Shown one piece after another: positions 43,841 to 53,957 of a stretch of 64,000 nucleotides of DNA (position 1 is its first letter; every line of letters begins with the position of its first letter). The notes below the pieces were generated by a model. That model had not been told where the DNA came from, did not search any database, and saw nothing but the letters and a program-made list of their open reading frames with translations. The stretch lies in the IMG/VR virus record IMGVR_UViG_3300045988_122441; one strand, written 5' to 3'. Position numbers and translations under genes: made by a program. Origin of the DNA: a virus.

Positions 43841-44116
43841 ATGAGAAGAAGAACTGCTCAGGAGCCTGTAGAGATCGATGTGCTCCAGAAAAAGAAAGAG
43901 GAACTTGCTCAGTTTGTAGATCGCTATAATAATGCCGTATCTATGGTGACTGGAACCGTCAGTAGCCTCGAATCACTTAATGAAAGTATTGAAGCGAAAA
44001 TCAAGGAAATTGATGAGTATCAGGCAGAACTTACGAGAACTAAGGATGGTCTCGGAGAAACAAGATCAAAGAATGAGAAAATCATCAAAAATTTTAAGGC
44101 GCTGATTGAGGCGTAG
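43841..44116 (+). CDS. Hypothetical coiled-coil protein (91 aa)
   Basis: ATG 2 nt after the upstream stop. Confidence 0.5.
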   Translation: MRRRTAQEPVEIDVLQKKKEELAQFVDRYNNAVSMVTGTVSSLESLNESIEAKIKEIDEYQAELTRTKDGLGETRSKNEKIIKNFKALIEA

Positions 44117-44128
44117 TAGGGAGGAAAT

Positions 44129-44830
44129 ATGGCAGAGACAGAAACATTAAATCTTATTCAGAAACTTGCAAAAATCCGTGCGATTTCTGATGTCGTAGCA
44201 AAAGAAAAAAGAGGATACAACTACAGTTATGCAGATATTACATCAATTCTGGCTAAGATTACAGCAGGTATGAAAAAATATGGAGTTTCTTTAATTCCAC
44301 AGATTGTTCCGGGAACATCTCATGTTGAACAGTTGGTAACATCCAATACGAAGTTCACTAAAACTGGCGAGGCATATGAGGCGAAGACATCAGAGATGCT
44401 TGTAACTGCCGATATGGTATTCAAATGGGTAGATGATGCAAACCCAGAAGACTTCATTGAGGTTCCATGGTTTGTCACTGGATCACAGGGAGATCCATCA
44501 CAGGCTCTCGGATCTGGTCTTACATATTGCACAAGATATTTCCTTTGCAACTATTTCCAGATTGCACAGGCTGATTCAGATGTTGACGCATACCGTAGTA
44601 AGCAGAAAGCAGCTGAGGAATCAGAAGATAAAGCAATCGCAGAGGAAATCATTGCTCAGTTTGATGGAATTGTAAGACAGTTCCTCGCAGACCATCCAGA
44701 TAAAGCGGATGATGTCAAGAATCTCGTTAAGAGATATGTGAAAAACGGAAATTATCTTGCAATTAAAGAGCCTGCGTTAGCAGCTGATTTACTTGAAAAA
44801 TTCAATGAAAAATTCATTAAAGGAGAATAA
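44129..44830 (+). CDS. ERF-family single-strand annealing recombinase
   Basis: LIQKLAKIRAISDVVAKEKRGYNYSYADITSILAKITAGMKKYGVSLIPQ matches the ERF N-terminal pattern. It sits next to the SSB and a nuclease. Confidence 0.7.
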   Translation: MAETETLNLIQKLAKIRAISDVVAKEKRGYNYSYADITSILAKITAGMKKYGVSLIPQIVPGTSHVEQLVTSNTKFTKTGEAYEAKTSEMLVTADMVFKWVDDANPEDFIEVPWFVTGSQGDPSQALGSGLTYCTRYFLCNYFQIAQADSDVDAYRSKQKAAEESEDKAIAEEIIAQFDGIVRQFLADHPDKADDVKNLVKRYVKNGNYLAIKEPALAADLLEKFNEKFIKGE

Positions 44831-44835
44831 TACAT

Positions 44836-45225
44836 ATGGGATTCAGAACAGGAAGTTATGCAACTATTTGGTCAGTAGAAAGTGCTACAGATACTCGAAC
44901 AAAGGCAAGAATTTCAATCAGCAGAAAGAACAAGCAGACGGGAGAATATGATACAGATTTCTCTGGATTTGTTGACTTCATCGGTACAGCTGCGGCAAGA
45001 AAGGCTCTTACTTTAAAAGAGAAAGATAGAATTCGACTGGGAGATGTTGATGTTACAAATAACTACAATAAGGAGAAGAATATTACCTACACCAACTTCA
45101 AAATCTTTAGTTTTGAGACACAGGCTGAGATCAATTCTGGCGGTGGTGGAAACTCCGGTTTTAACACAGAACCTCAGAGAGCTGTGGATAGTGGAGAAAT
45201 TGATGACTCACAGCTTCCATTCTAA
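44836..45225 (+). CDS. ssb: Single-stranded DNA-binding protein
   Basis: OB-fold-sized N-terminus, Gly-rich linker (SGGGGNSG) and acidic tip DDSQLPF, typical of bacterial/phage SSB tails. Confidence 0.65.
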   Translation: MGFRTGSYATIWSVESATDTRTKARISISRKNKQTGEYDTDFSGFVDFIGTAAARKALTLKEKDRIRLGDVDVTNNYNKEKNITYTNFKIFSFETQAEINSGGGGNSGFNTEPQRAVDSGEIDDSQLPF

Positions 45226-45235
45226 GAGGTGACAA

Positions 45236-46045
45236 ATGGGAGAAATAAGTTATCGTCCACTGATTGAGGCGATGACCTGGAGCTATAGTAGGCTCGAAAT
45301 ATTTGACGACTGCCCGTACAGGTGGTTTCTAACATATATACATACTCCCAAATTAAAAAAAGAAGATAAATTCTATGCTGCATACGGATTGTTTATGCAT
45401 GATTTGCTTGAGAAATATTTTAAAGGTGAAAATTCCAAAGAAGAAATACTAATGATGTTTCTCACGCAATTCAAAGCAAAGACAAAAGGAACTGGAAGAC
45501 CTAAAGCTGCAACAGTACAGAAATATTTCCAGTCAGGAACAGAATTTATTAAATCATTAGAGCCGCTGAGATTCAAAATGATTTCTGTGGAAGAGAAAAT
45601 CGACTTTAAAATAGGAGAGTTTAATTTTACAGGAAGAATTGATTATCTCGGAGAGGAGGACGGAGAGTTTGTTATTATTGACAATAAATCAAGGGATTTA
45701 AAGCCGAGAAGCGGGCGAGCGAAGCCAACGCTAAAGGATAAAGAACTTGATTTGATGTTACGGCAGCTGTACATATATGCAGAAGCAGTACGTCAAAAGT
45801 ATGGTAAATTGCCGAAATTATTATGTTTTAACTGTTTTAGGACAGGAGTGTTTATCGAAGAACCGTTTAACGAAGACGCATATCGCGAAGCCTTATCATG
45901 GGCGCAGCACAAAGTCGAAGAGATATCAGGCGCAGATGAATTCTATCCTAATCGGGAATTTTTCTCGTGTTATTACCTTTGTGGTCTCAGCAATCATTGC
46001 TGTTACGACATAGAAGCACGAGCCGAGAGGAGGACTAGAACATGA
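45236..46045 (+). CDS. PD-(D/E)XK nuclease of the Cas4/RecB-exonuclease type with Fe-S cysteines
   Basis: N-terminal CPYRWF, the core GRIDYL...VIIDNKS, and a C-terminal cysteine cluster SCYYLCGLSNHCC. Confidence 0.7.
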   Translation: MGEISYRPLIEAMTWSYSRLEIFDDCPYRWFLTYIHTPKLKKEDKFYAAYGLFMHDLLEKYFKGENSKEEILMMFLTQFKAKTKGTGRPKAATVQKYFQSGTEFIKSLEPLRFKMISVEEKIDFKIGEFNFTGRIDYLGEEDGEFVIIDNKSRDLKPRSGRAKPTLKDKELDLMLRQLYIYAEAVRQKYGKLPKLLCFNCFRTGVFIEEPFNEDAYREALSWAQHKVEEISGADEFYPNREFFSCYYLCGLSNHCCYDIEARAERRTRT

Positions 46046-47373
46046 CTAGCGTAGATGACATCAATAGTCTTGAGAGTGAAGCCGGTATTATTGCATCGCT
46101 AATACATAAACCGGATTTCATCTTCTATTCCGAATATTTATTACCCAACCATTTTACAAATAAAGAAAACAGATGTGTGTATACAGCTATTGGAGATCTC
46201 GTTGAAAGAGGAATTACCACAATAGACCCGTATAACATCATAGAAAGTCTCAATGCTTCAGAAGCAACACGAAAATATGCTGATGAATTATCTATTGAAA
46301 AGCTGAATGAACTTATGGAAATGAGTGATGTACTGGAAAGACATACAGTCGAAGAATACAAGATGCTCGTTGATAATGTTCTGGATGCAGCTTTCAGAAG
46401 AGATACATTCCAGAGGTTAAAGGAGTGTCAGGCTCTTTGCTACAACCGGGCAGAAACAAATGTTGAAGAGAAGATATATTCCATCATCGATGATGTAATG
46501 ACAGAATTCTCAACAACAAATGATGTGCCGATGTTCAAAGATGTTGTGGATGACTGCTGGGACGAGATTCAGTCCAGACAGGGAGATGGATACGCAGGTA
46601 TTCAGTTCAAATTCCCAGCATTAAATGAATACGCCACGATTGAGCCTGGTGAGTTGTTTATCTTTGCGGCAGAAGCGAAGCAGGGAAAATCAATGATGCT
46701 CCTTAATTGTGCAGTCGATCTGATGAAGAAAGACTTAGCAGTATTGTATCTGGATAGTGAGCTTAACACAAGAATGTTTACAGCACGAATTCTTGCTCAT
46801 ATTGCGAGAGTAGAGTACAAGAGACTTACATCTGGAAGTTACAACGCAGAAGAAGCACAGAGAATTGATGAGGCAAGAAAATGGCTGAAGACCAGAAAGT
46901 TCACTCATTTGTATATCCCAATGTTTGACCAGCAAACAATTTTCACAGCAGTAAAGAGAGTCCAACACACAATGGGGCTTGACGTACTGATTGTTGATTA
47001 CTTCAAAGGATCTGGTGATGGAGATGCATTTGATTCATATCAGGAACTGGGAAGATTTGTAGATATGGTTAAGAACAAAATTTGTGGAGATATGGGGATT
47101 TGTGGAATAGGAGCCGCACAAGCAACAACAACAGGTAAAGTCGCAGATTCAGCTAAGATTGGACGAAATGCAAGTACGATTGCAATTATTCAGGACAAAA
47201 CAGCTGAAGAGGTAGAAGCTGATGGAGCTGAGTGCGGAAATAAGAAATTAAGGGTTATCCTTAATCGAAACGGTATGCAGCACGCATCCGGAGAATACAT
47301 AGATTTGCAGTTTAATGGAAACTTGATTTCCTATGAACAAGCAAAGCAACACATACCGAGTACCCCTTATTAA
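46042..47373 (+). CDS. dnaB: Replicative DNA helicase (DnaB-like)
   Basis: DnaB N-terminal pattern ESEAGIIASLI. RecA-like core with Walker A AAEAKQGKSMMLLN and Walker B LIVDYF. Confidence 0.8.
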   Translation: MTSVDDINSLESEAGIIASLIHKPDFIFYSEYLLPNHFTNKENRCVYTAIGDLVERGITTIDPYNIIESLNASEATRKYADELSIEKLNELMEMSDVLERHTVEEYKMLVDNVLDAAFRRDTFQRLKECQALCYNRAETNVEEKIYSIIDDVMTEFSTTNDVPMFKDVVDDCWDEIQSRQGDGYAGIQFKFPALNEYATIEPGELFIFAAEAKQGKSMMLLNCAVDLMKKDLAVLYLDSELNTRMFTARILAHIARVEYKRLTSGSYNAEEAQRIDEARKWLKTRKFTHLYIPMFDQQTIFTAVKRVQHTMGLDVLIVDYFKGSGDGDAFDSYQELGRFVDMVKNKICGDMGICGIGAAQATTTGKVADSAKIGRNASTIAIIQDKTAEEVEADGAECGNKKLRVILNRNGMQHASGEYIDLQFNGNLISYEQAKQHIPSTPY

Positions 47374-47377
47374 ACTA

Positions 47378-47400
47378 TCAAGCTAATAAAATAATTTACA
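47378..47400 (+). promoter_or_regulatory. 23-bp conserved intergenic motif, copy 2 (TCAAGCTAATAAAATAATTTACA)
   Basis: Identical to copy 3. It starts 5 nt after the helicase stop. Confidence 0.5.
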
Positions 47401-47417
47401 TGAAAGGAGACGACGGT

Positions 47418-48401
47418 GTGGACTTAGAAGAACTGATTGATTCGATAGATATCGTGGAATACATATCACAATTTGTAGAACTTGAGGAGAAAAATGGAGA
47501 ATACTGGGGGCTTAGCCCATTCTCCGATGAGAAAACACCGTCGTTTTCAGTCCGCAGGGAGAACAATACTTTTTATTGTTTCTCCAGCGGCATTGGAGGA
47601 AACGTCTTTACATTCACAAAGTTCTACTATCAATGCGATGCAAACAAAGCAGTAGATATTTTAAAGAAATATGCAGGGTGCGACGGAACAGAGTTTATTC
47701 CGAGAAGAAGAATGGCGGCTACGATGGCTTGCAGGAAGTATATGAAAAAGCAAGTACGCCATAAGGAATCAAAAACGAAGCGATTTCCAGACGACTGCAT
47801 GAGCAAGTATGAAAAGAGAGATGATAAGTTGGCTGTATGGGAAGCAGAGGGTATCTCCAGAGAGGCACTTGATACATTTCAAGTGTACTATGACAGCTTC
47901 TCTAACCGGCTCGTATATCCGATACGAGATATTGAAGGAAATATTGTGAATATCGGTGGCAGAATCCTTGATCCTGAATGGAAAGAAAAAGGAATGAGAA
48001 AGTACACATATCTTTCTGGATGGGGAGAGATGAGCGTGATTTACGGACTTTTCGAGAATATGGAAGAGATTCTAAAGAAGAAAGAAATCATTATTTTTGA
48101 AGGATGTAAATCGGTGTTATTGGCAAGGTCGTGGGGAATAAGAAATACCGGAGCACTTCTTACGTCTCACTTGAATCCGGCTCAAATGAAACTGCTTGCA
48201 AAGCTCGGTGTAAAAGTCGTGTTTGCATTAGATAAGGAAGTAAATATTAAAAAAGATCATAACATCAACAAGTTAAAACAATATGTGAATGTTGAGTATG
48301 TATGGGACAAAGACAATTTATTAGAAGAAAAAGATGCGCCAGTAGATAAGGGGGTTGAAACATTTGATAAGGTTTACGAATATCGGCACCGATTCAGATA
48401 G
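47418..48401 (+). CDS. dnaG: DNA primase (DnaG-like: degenerate zinc-binding region plus TOPRIM)
   Basis: GLSPFSDEKTPSFSV....FYCFSSGIGGNVFTF corresponds to the CHC2 zinc-finger block with Cys-to-Ser changes. RNA-polymerase core RLVYPIRD..G.IVNIGGR and TOPRIM IIFEGCKSVL. GTG 47418 is preferred (RBS aaaggag 8 nt upstream); ATG 47400 is the alternative. Confidence 0.8.
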   Translation: MDLEELIDSIDIVEYISQFVELEEKNGEYWGLSPFSDEKTPSFSVRRENNTFYCFSSGIGGNVFTFTKFYYQCDANKAVDILKKYAGCDGTEFIPRRRMAATMACRKYMKKQVRHKESKTKRFPDDCMSKYEKRDDKLAVWEAEGISREALDTFQVYYDSFSNRLVYPIRDIEGNIVNIGGRILDPEWKEKGMRKYTYLSGWGEMSVIYGLFENMEEILKKKEIIIFEGCKSVLLARSWGIRNTGALLTSHLNPAQMKLLAKLGVKVVFALDKEVNIKKDHNINKLKQYVNVEYVWDKDNLLEEKDAPVDKGVETFDKVYEYRHRFR

Positions 48402-48426
48402 ATATGGCTTTGACGGTCATGGAAGA

Positions 48427-48903
48427 ATGTCTCGTGTAGCCGGTACGGACAGACGTTGGAGAAGCGGTAGCAGTACGATGTCAAGTAGCACGATGTCAAG
48501 ATCAATATCGGACAAAATGGATGCAACAATTTATGGGTATAGATATTGCAGAGATGATAGACAGAGAAGAGCTGCTGAAAACATGACGAAATATTCCTAT
48601 GATATAGCAGAAATTGTAGAAATTCTCAATGAATTCAAGGTGGATATGAAACTGCCGGGAGGGTCTCCACGACCGCTTGTAAGTATTCTATTGGATGTCG
48701 TAAGGATGTATACGCAAATACACGATCCGGCAACTGGTAGTAGATTGCTTACATTATCGGAAAGCATAAATCAGATTATCACCACATGTGTGGAGAATGG
48801 TATGAACCAGAGAGAAATTACATCAGAGATATTGTGCGATCCAGAAGTCGATGATGCTCAACTTGATGATTTCCTCCATGAATTTGCAATAAAGGAGGGA
48901 TAG
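48427..48903 (+). CDS. Hypothetical protein (about 158 aa; start uncertain)
   Basis: The ORF overlaps the primase 3' end; the first ATG downstream of the primase stop was chosen. Confidence 0.45.
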   Translation: MSRVAGTDRRWRSGSSTMSSSTMSRSISDKMDATIYGYRYCRDDRQRRAAENMTKYSYDIAEIVEILNEFKVDMKLPGGSPRPLVSILLDVVRMYTQIHDPATGSRLLTLSESINQIITTCVENGMNQREITSEILCDPEVDDAQLDDFLHEFAIKEG

Positions 48904-48908
48904 GCAGA

Positions 48909-51900
48909 GTGAATAAAGATTATTACGAAATGTATCACTGTCATACGGAGTTAAGCCTTCTCGACAGCTGTACAAAATATCAAGAATATGTGGACTTAGC
49001 AGTAAAAAATGGTCAGAAAGTCCTGTCAATATCAGAGCACGGAAAACCTATGAACTGGACTGAAAAATGGGCGGCTTGTAAGAAAGCAGGTCTCAGATAC
49101 ATACATTCAGTAGAGATATATCTAACAGAACAACTGGAACCAAAAGTCAGAGATAACTATCATACAGTGCTCATGGCTCGAAATATGGATGGACTGCTAG
49201 AACTCAATGCTTTAATTACAAAATCATGTGACAAACAGCATTCGTACTATACAAACAGAATTTCTTTTGATGAGTTCTTAAATATTTCAGACAATATCAT
49301 ATCGACAAGTGCCTGTTTAGCTTCTCCGTTGAATAAATTGCCATCAGATCATCCACGATATATGGAATTGGCTCGTAAGTATGACTTCTTAGAAGTACAG
49401 GCACATAACCACCCAGAGCAGATCGCTTTTAATAAGAAGCTTCTGGAATTATCAAAGGAGATTGGCACTCCATTAATTGCAGGAACAGATACTCACAGTT
49501 CTACTCCATACAAAGCAGAATGTAGAGCTGCGTTAATATCCGCAAAGGGTAAATCTTATGGTGACGAAGATGCGTTTGATCTGACATACAAAACATACGA
49601 TGAACTCGTAGAGATGTTCAGAGTACAGGGAGCGTTACCGGAAGAAGAGTATATGCAGGCAATCAGGAATACTCATCAACTATACGATCTCACAGAGGAT
49701 ATCGAGCTTGACACTGCGATTAAGTACCCAATTTTATACGGTTCACGAGAAGCGGACTCAGAGAAGTTCACTGAAACAGTATATACGAAGCTTGAAGAAA
49801 AACTAGAATCCGGTGTCATACCAAGAAGCCAGGAACAGGCATTTAGAGATGCGATTGAAGAGGAACTTCGAGTATTCAGAAAGCTGAAAATGGACGGCTT
49901 TATGCTGTCAATGTCAGAATTGATTTCATGGTGTAAAGAGCATGGCATGGCGATTGGAACAGCTAGAGGATCTGTAGGCGGTTCACGAGTAGCCTATGTA
50001 ACAGATGTCATTGATTTGAATCCTGAAACATGGCACACAGTATTCTCACGATTCTGTAATGAAGATAGAGAGGAAATCGGTGATATTGATATAGACTGCG
50101 TTGAGTCTGACAGACCAGCAATATTCCAATACATCATTAAGCGATTTGGGGCGGATAAGACCGCAAGAGTGGCATCTTTCGGAACTCTGCAGGAGAAAGG
50201 TGTTATCGATGAGGTCGGCAGATACCTTGCTAAGAAATGGAATAAGGAACACGGCGTAGATAGCGGGGCATCACCAAAGGAAAACCCGTGGACATTACCT
50301 AAGATTGCAAAAATTAAAGAAGAGTATTCAGCTAATCCTGAGAAAACTAAGAGTAAGTATAAGGAACTGTTTTACTACTTCGATGGATTACTTGACACGA
50401 AGATATCGCAGTCAGTACATCCGGCAGGCATGGTAATCAGTCCAATCACTCTTGATGATAACTTCGGTATTTTCGAGAAAGATGGAGAAACCTGTCTGAT
50501 GCTTGATATGGAGAATATCCACGACTATACAGGTCTTGCTAAATATGACTTCCTTATTTTGAAAACAGTACAGGTAATTAGAGACACATGTAGATACCTG
50601 AACAGACCATATCCGAAGACACATGAAATTGACTGGGACGATCAAGAGGTATGGGCGGATATGATTAAGAATCCGTCAGGAATATTCCAGTTTGAGGGCG
50701 CATTTGCATTTGAGAGCTTAAAGAAATTCACTCCAAAGAGTATTTTTGATATGTCAATCGTTACAGCGTGTATCCGACCATCAGGAGCTTCTTACAGGGA
50801 TGCGTTACTTGCCAGAAAGCCACATAGTAATCCGTCAGAGATTATTGATGAGCTTCTAAAAGATAACCTCGGTTACCTGATCTATCAGGAGGATACGATC
50901 AAGTTCCTGCAGCAGATTTGTGGACTATCTGGTAGTGAATCCGACAATATCAGACGAGCTATTGGTAGAAAACAGAAAGACAGACTTGATGCGGCTATGC
51001 CATCAATCTTAGAGGGATACTGCGAGAAGTCACCACAGCCTAGAAAGGTTGCGGAAGCAGAAGCAAAAGAGTTCCTGCAGATTATTGAGGATAGTGCTTC
51101 TTATCAGTTTGGCTACAATCATTCAATAGCATATTGCTTACTCGGTTATCTCTGCGCTTATTACAGATACTACCATCCACTTGAGTTTATCACATCATTC
51201 TTGAATAATGCGGCAAATGAGGATGATATCCGAAATGGTACAGCATATGCTCATAAGATTGGCATCCGGGTAACGATGCCTAAATGGGGATTATCAAAGA
51301 GTGAATACTTCTTCGACAGTGAAAAGCGTGTTATTGCGAAAGGACTTAGTTCCATTAAGTACATGAGCGCTGGTCTTGCAGAAGAAATGTTCGAGATCGC
51401 CCATAAGAAAAAGTACAACAAGTTTATGGATGTACTGTATGACCTCAATAATAATTCTTCACTCAAGACAAATCAGCTGGATATTTTGATTAAGATTGAT
51501 TTTTTCTCAGAGTTTGGAAACCAGAGGGAGCTTCTGAAAATCACAGAACTGTTCTATGACATGTTTAAAAAAGGACAGGCTAAGCAGATTAGAAAAGACC
51601 GAGTTGACGGAACTCCACTTGAAAAGATTGTCCAGAAATATGCAGTTGGAATAACAAAGAGTGGCGGTGTCGCAAAAAGTTATACGCTGTTAGATGTAAT
51701 GTCGATTATGTATGATGCAGAATACGCCGTAAAGGATTTACATATGAATGATCTTAGCATTGTAGCTAAGGTAAGAAACTTTGCAGATGTCATGGGATAT
51801 GTCGGTTATGTGTCAGGAAGAGAAGAAGACCGCAAAAAACTGTATGTATCTGATGTATACGAACTGGTTCGCCGGAAAGATAATAAACAGTTCGGATATT

Positions 51901-52067
51901 CGATTATAACAAAATCCATTGGTAGCGGGGTTGAGAGTAGATTTACGGTAGTAAACAGTGTATACAATGAAGACCCTATCAAGAAAGGTGACATCATTTA
52001 TTGCAAAGGATGGGAAAGAAACGGTCAATATTTCAGATTGACGAGGTTTGAAAAAGTGCTTTATTAG
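48909..52067 (+). CDS. dnaE: DNA polymerase III alpha subunit (DnaE-type, N-terminal PHP domain)
   Basis: PHP motif MYHCHTELSLLDS...SEHG...GTDTH. Palm/fingers blocks GSVGGSRVAYV, DIDIDC, HPAGMVIS, GLAKYDFL, IRPSG, YQED. Length 1052 aa. Confidence 0.9.
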   Translation: MNKDYYEMYHCHTELSLLDSCTKYQEYVDLAVKNGQKVLSISEHGKPMNWTEKWAACKKAGLRYIHSVEIYLTEQLEPKVRDNYHTVLMARNMDGLLELNALITKSCDKQHSYYTNRISFDEFLNISDNIISTSACLASPLNKLPSDHPRYMELARKYDFLEVQAHNHPEQIAFNKKLLELSKEIGTPLIAGTDTHSSTPYKAECRAALISAKGKSYGDEDAFDLTYKTYDELVEMFRVQGALPEEEYMQAIRNTHQLYDLTEDIELDTAIKYPILYGSREADSEKFTETVYTKLEEKLESGVIPRSQEQAFRDAIEEELRVFRKLKMDGFMLSMSELISWCKEHGMAIGTARGSVGGSRVAYVTDVIDLNPETWHTVFSRFCNEDREEIGDIDIDCVESDRPAIFQYIIKRFGADKTARVASFGTLQEKGVIDEVGRYLAKKWNKEHGVDSGASPKENPWTLPKIAKIKEEYSANPEKTKSKYKELFYYFDGLLDTKISQSVHPAGMVISPITLDDNFGIFEKDGETCLMLDMENIHDYTGLAKYDFLILKTVQVIRDTCRYLNRPYPKTHEIDWDDQEVWADMIKNPSGIFQFEGAFAFESLKKFTPKSIFDMSIVTACIRPSGASYRDALLARKPHSNPSEIIDELLKDNLGYLIYQEDTIKFLQQICGLSGSESDNIRRAIGRKQKDRLDAAMPSILEGYCEKSPQPRKVAEAEAKEFLQIIEDSASYQFGYNHSIAYCLLGYLCAYYRYYHPLEFITSFLNNAANEDDIRNGTAYAHKIGIRVTMPKWGLSKSEYFFDSEKRVIAKGLSSIKYMSAGLAEEMFEIAHKKKYNKFMDVLYDLNNNSSLKTNQLDILIKIDFFSEFGNQRELLKITELFYDMFKKGQAKQIRKDRVDGTPLEKIVQKYAVGITKSGGVAKSYTLLDVMSIMYDAEYAVKDLHMNDLSIVAKVRNFADVMGYVGYVSGREEDRKKLYVSDVYELVRRKDNKQFGYSIITKSIGSGVESRFTVVNSVYNEDPIKKGDIIYCKGWERNGQYFRLTRFEKVLY

Positions 52068-52076
52068 GAGGACAAA

Positions 52077-52505
52077 ATGGAAATATTAACAGATGTCACG
52101 CTTAGCAAATTGCTTGCTAATTGTGAGAAGTACGAGAATTATGTTGCAGCCATATTATTTTCGAGCAAGGCGAGAGAGACAGAGTTCCTTAATGAAATCA
52201 AAACTATCGGAAATGATTGGAATGTGAACGTAAGACTCGGAAGAATGAAATGTAAAAAGACGAATAGTCATATCTACACATTTACAATCGCTAAGAATTT
52301 TGAGGATAGAATCCGCGGAATGGAGTTCAATAGTATGTTGCTGGATGGCGATAAAGGTGCGGATGAAGTAATTGCATACATATATGGTCAGTCATTGGTT
52401 AAGTACATGAGTACGCAGAACGTGGAAGAAATGATCGATAAGGGATCGGCAGATAAAGCACTGACGAATTTCCTGGATGAATTTACAATCACAACGCATA
52501 GCTAG
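52077..52505 (+). CDS. Hypothetical protein (142 aa)
   Basis: RBS aggaggac upstream. Confidence 0.55.
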   Translation: MEILTDVTLSKLLANCEKYENYVAAILFSSKARETEFLNEIKTIGNDWNVNVRLGRMKCKKTNSHIYTFTIAKNFEDRIRGMEFNSMLLDGDKGADEVIAYIYGQSLVKYMSTQNVEEMIDKGSADKALTNFLDEFTITTHS

Positions 52506-52516
52506 GAGGTAGACAA

Positions 52517-52636
52517 ATGCTTTTATGGATGTTGCTTGTAGCTGCTGAATTGACTGGCACGCATTGCTTTGACGCAAACGGGTGGCTATTCGTTACTCTT
52601 GCGTGTTGGTTATGGCACTATATTATGTCCGATTAA
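52517..52636 (+). CDS. Possible small membrane protein (39 aa, below track cutoff)
   Basis: Hand-translated as MLLWMLLVAAELTGTHCFDANGWLFVTLACWLWHYIMSD. RBS aggaggtag upstream. Confidence 0.3.
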   Translation: MLLWMLLVAAELTGTHCFDANGWLFVTLACWLWHYIMSD

Positions 52637-52712
52637 ACTTATTTGTATCATATGTTATAAACAAGTTTAGATATAAAACTACTATTTTATATACGAAATT
52701 GAGGTGATTGTA

Positions 52713-52913
52713 ATGGCGAAAAAGATGTATTGCAACAAATGTGGAAAAGAAATGGACTTCTGGGATAAACAAGAAGAGTTTTCAATCCACACACATTGCG
52801 GTTATGGCACGAAATTTGATGGGTCTGATTTAGAACTCGATTTGTGCTGTGATTGTATGGAAGAGCTGGCGGATAGTTGTAAGATACCTCCGGTAGCAAA
52901 TGAAGAAAAATAA
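52713..52913 (+). CDS. Small zinc-ribbon protein
   Basis: CNKCGKEM...CCDCMEE. RBS gaggtg upstream. Confidence 0.5.
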   Translation: MAKKMYCNKCGKEMDFWDKQEEFSIHTHCGYGTKFDGSDLELDLCCDCMEELADSCKIPPVANEEK

Positions 52914-52923
52914 TTATACATAT

Positions 52924-52946
52924 TCAAGCTAATAAAATAATTTACA
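52924..52946 (+). promoter_or_regulatory. 23-bp conserved intergenic motif, copy 3 (TCAAGCTAATAAAATAATTTACA)
   Basis: Identical to copy 2. It ends 11 nt before the ThyX-like start codon, with the RBS in between. Confidence 0.5.
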
Positions 52947-52957
52947 AGGAGTAAGAG

Positions 52958-53494
52958 ATGAAAGTAGAAATTTTAAAACATCCAACAGATGATGACTGGC
53001 GGTTATGCCAGACCTGTACTCTTGTGACGGTTAGCAAGAAACCAGCGAAACCGCCAACAGAAGCGTGGAAAGTAAGATTGCTTAAAGCCAATCACTCTCC
53101 GGTAAGAACATTAGAGTTCTGCTTCAGACTGACAGATATCCCTTATTGGGTGTCTGTTCATCTTGTCAGACATGTTCATGCCACACCTTTCGTGTCTACA
53201 CAGAGAGATGACAGACAGGATAAATACGAAAGAGGAGCCGCACGACAGGATGCGCCAGTAACAATGTGTTGGTTCATGAATGCGGAAGAGCTGATTACCA
53301 TTGCTCATAAGCGACTGTGCAATCAAGCATCCAAAGAAACACGCGAAATCGTAAGAATGATTTGCGAAGAGGTTATCAAAGTCAATCCGGAGTTCAGGGA
53401 GTTACTTGTTCCGAATTGCCAGTACCGTGGCGGTATTTGTGAAGAGTTCAACTGTTGTGGATTGAATCAGAAATATTTGCCTCATATCGAATAG
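52958..53494 (+). CDS. thyX: Flavin-dependent thymidylate synthase-like protein (ThyX-like, short)
   Basis: LVRHVHATPFVSTQRDD resembles the ThyX signature RHRxxSxxxxSxR. At 178 aa it is shorter than canonical ThyX. Confidence 0.55.
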   Translation: MKVEILKHPTDDDWRLCQTCTLVTVSKKPAKPPTEAWKVRLLKANHSPVRTLEFCFRLTDIPYWVSVHLVRHVHATPFVSTQRDDRQDKYERGAARQDAPVTMCWFMNAEELITIAHKRLCNQASKETREIVRMICEEVIKVNPEFRELLVPNCQYRGGICEEFNCCGLNQKYLPHIE

Positions 53495-53498
53495 TGAG

Positions 53499-53957
53499 GT
53501 GATGGCAATGGAAAGCAGAATCCATAACAAACGCAAGATGAAACAGCTTATTGATTTCAAAGGATGCGCTATGGATGGCGGTATGTACCCAACAGATATT
53601 GATGGTGTGATTGAGTACAAAGACTCAAAATACATAATTTTCGAGGTGAAATACGGTGACTCAGAAATACCAATCGGACAAAGATTGGCTCTGCAAAGAA
53701 TGGTCGATGATTTCACTAAATCAGGTAAGCAGGCGATTGTGCTTATATGCTCTCATACAGTTAAAAATCCAAACAAGCCAGTTGTGATGGCGTGGTGCAA
53801 TGTCAGAGAGATTTATTACGGTGATGAGAAGCGCTGGCGTACTCCAGATAGAGAAATAAAGGTCAGAGAAGCGATTGATTGCTTTCAGAAATATTCAAAC
53901 ATTGTTTTAAACAAAGAAGAGGAGGCGAAAGAGCATGGAAGAACAGACAAGGCTTGA
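53499..53957 (+). CDS. Hypothetical protein with PD-(D/E)XK-like motif
   Basis: PTDIDGVIEY...YIIFEVKYG fits the D...(D/E)xK pattern. Confidence 0.4.
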   Translation: MMAMESRIHNKRKMKQLIDFKGCAMDGGMYPTDIDGVIEYKDSKYIIFEVKYGDSEIPIGQRLALQRMVDDFTKSGKQAIVLICSHTVKNPNKPVVMAWCNVREIYYGDEKRWRTPDREIKVREAIDCFQKYSNIVLNKEEEAKEHGRTDKA

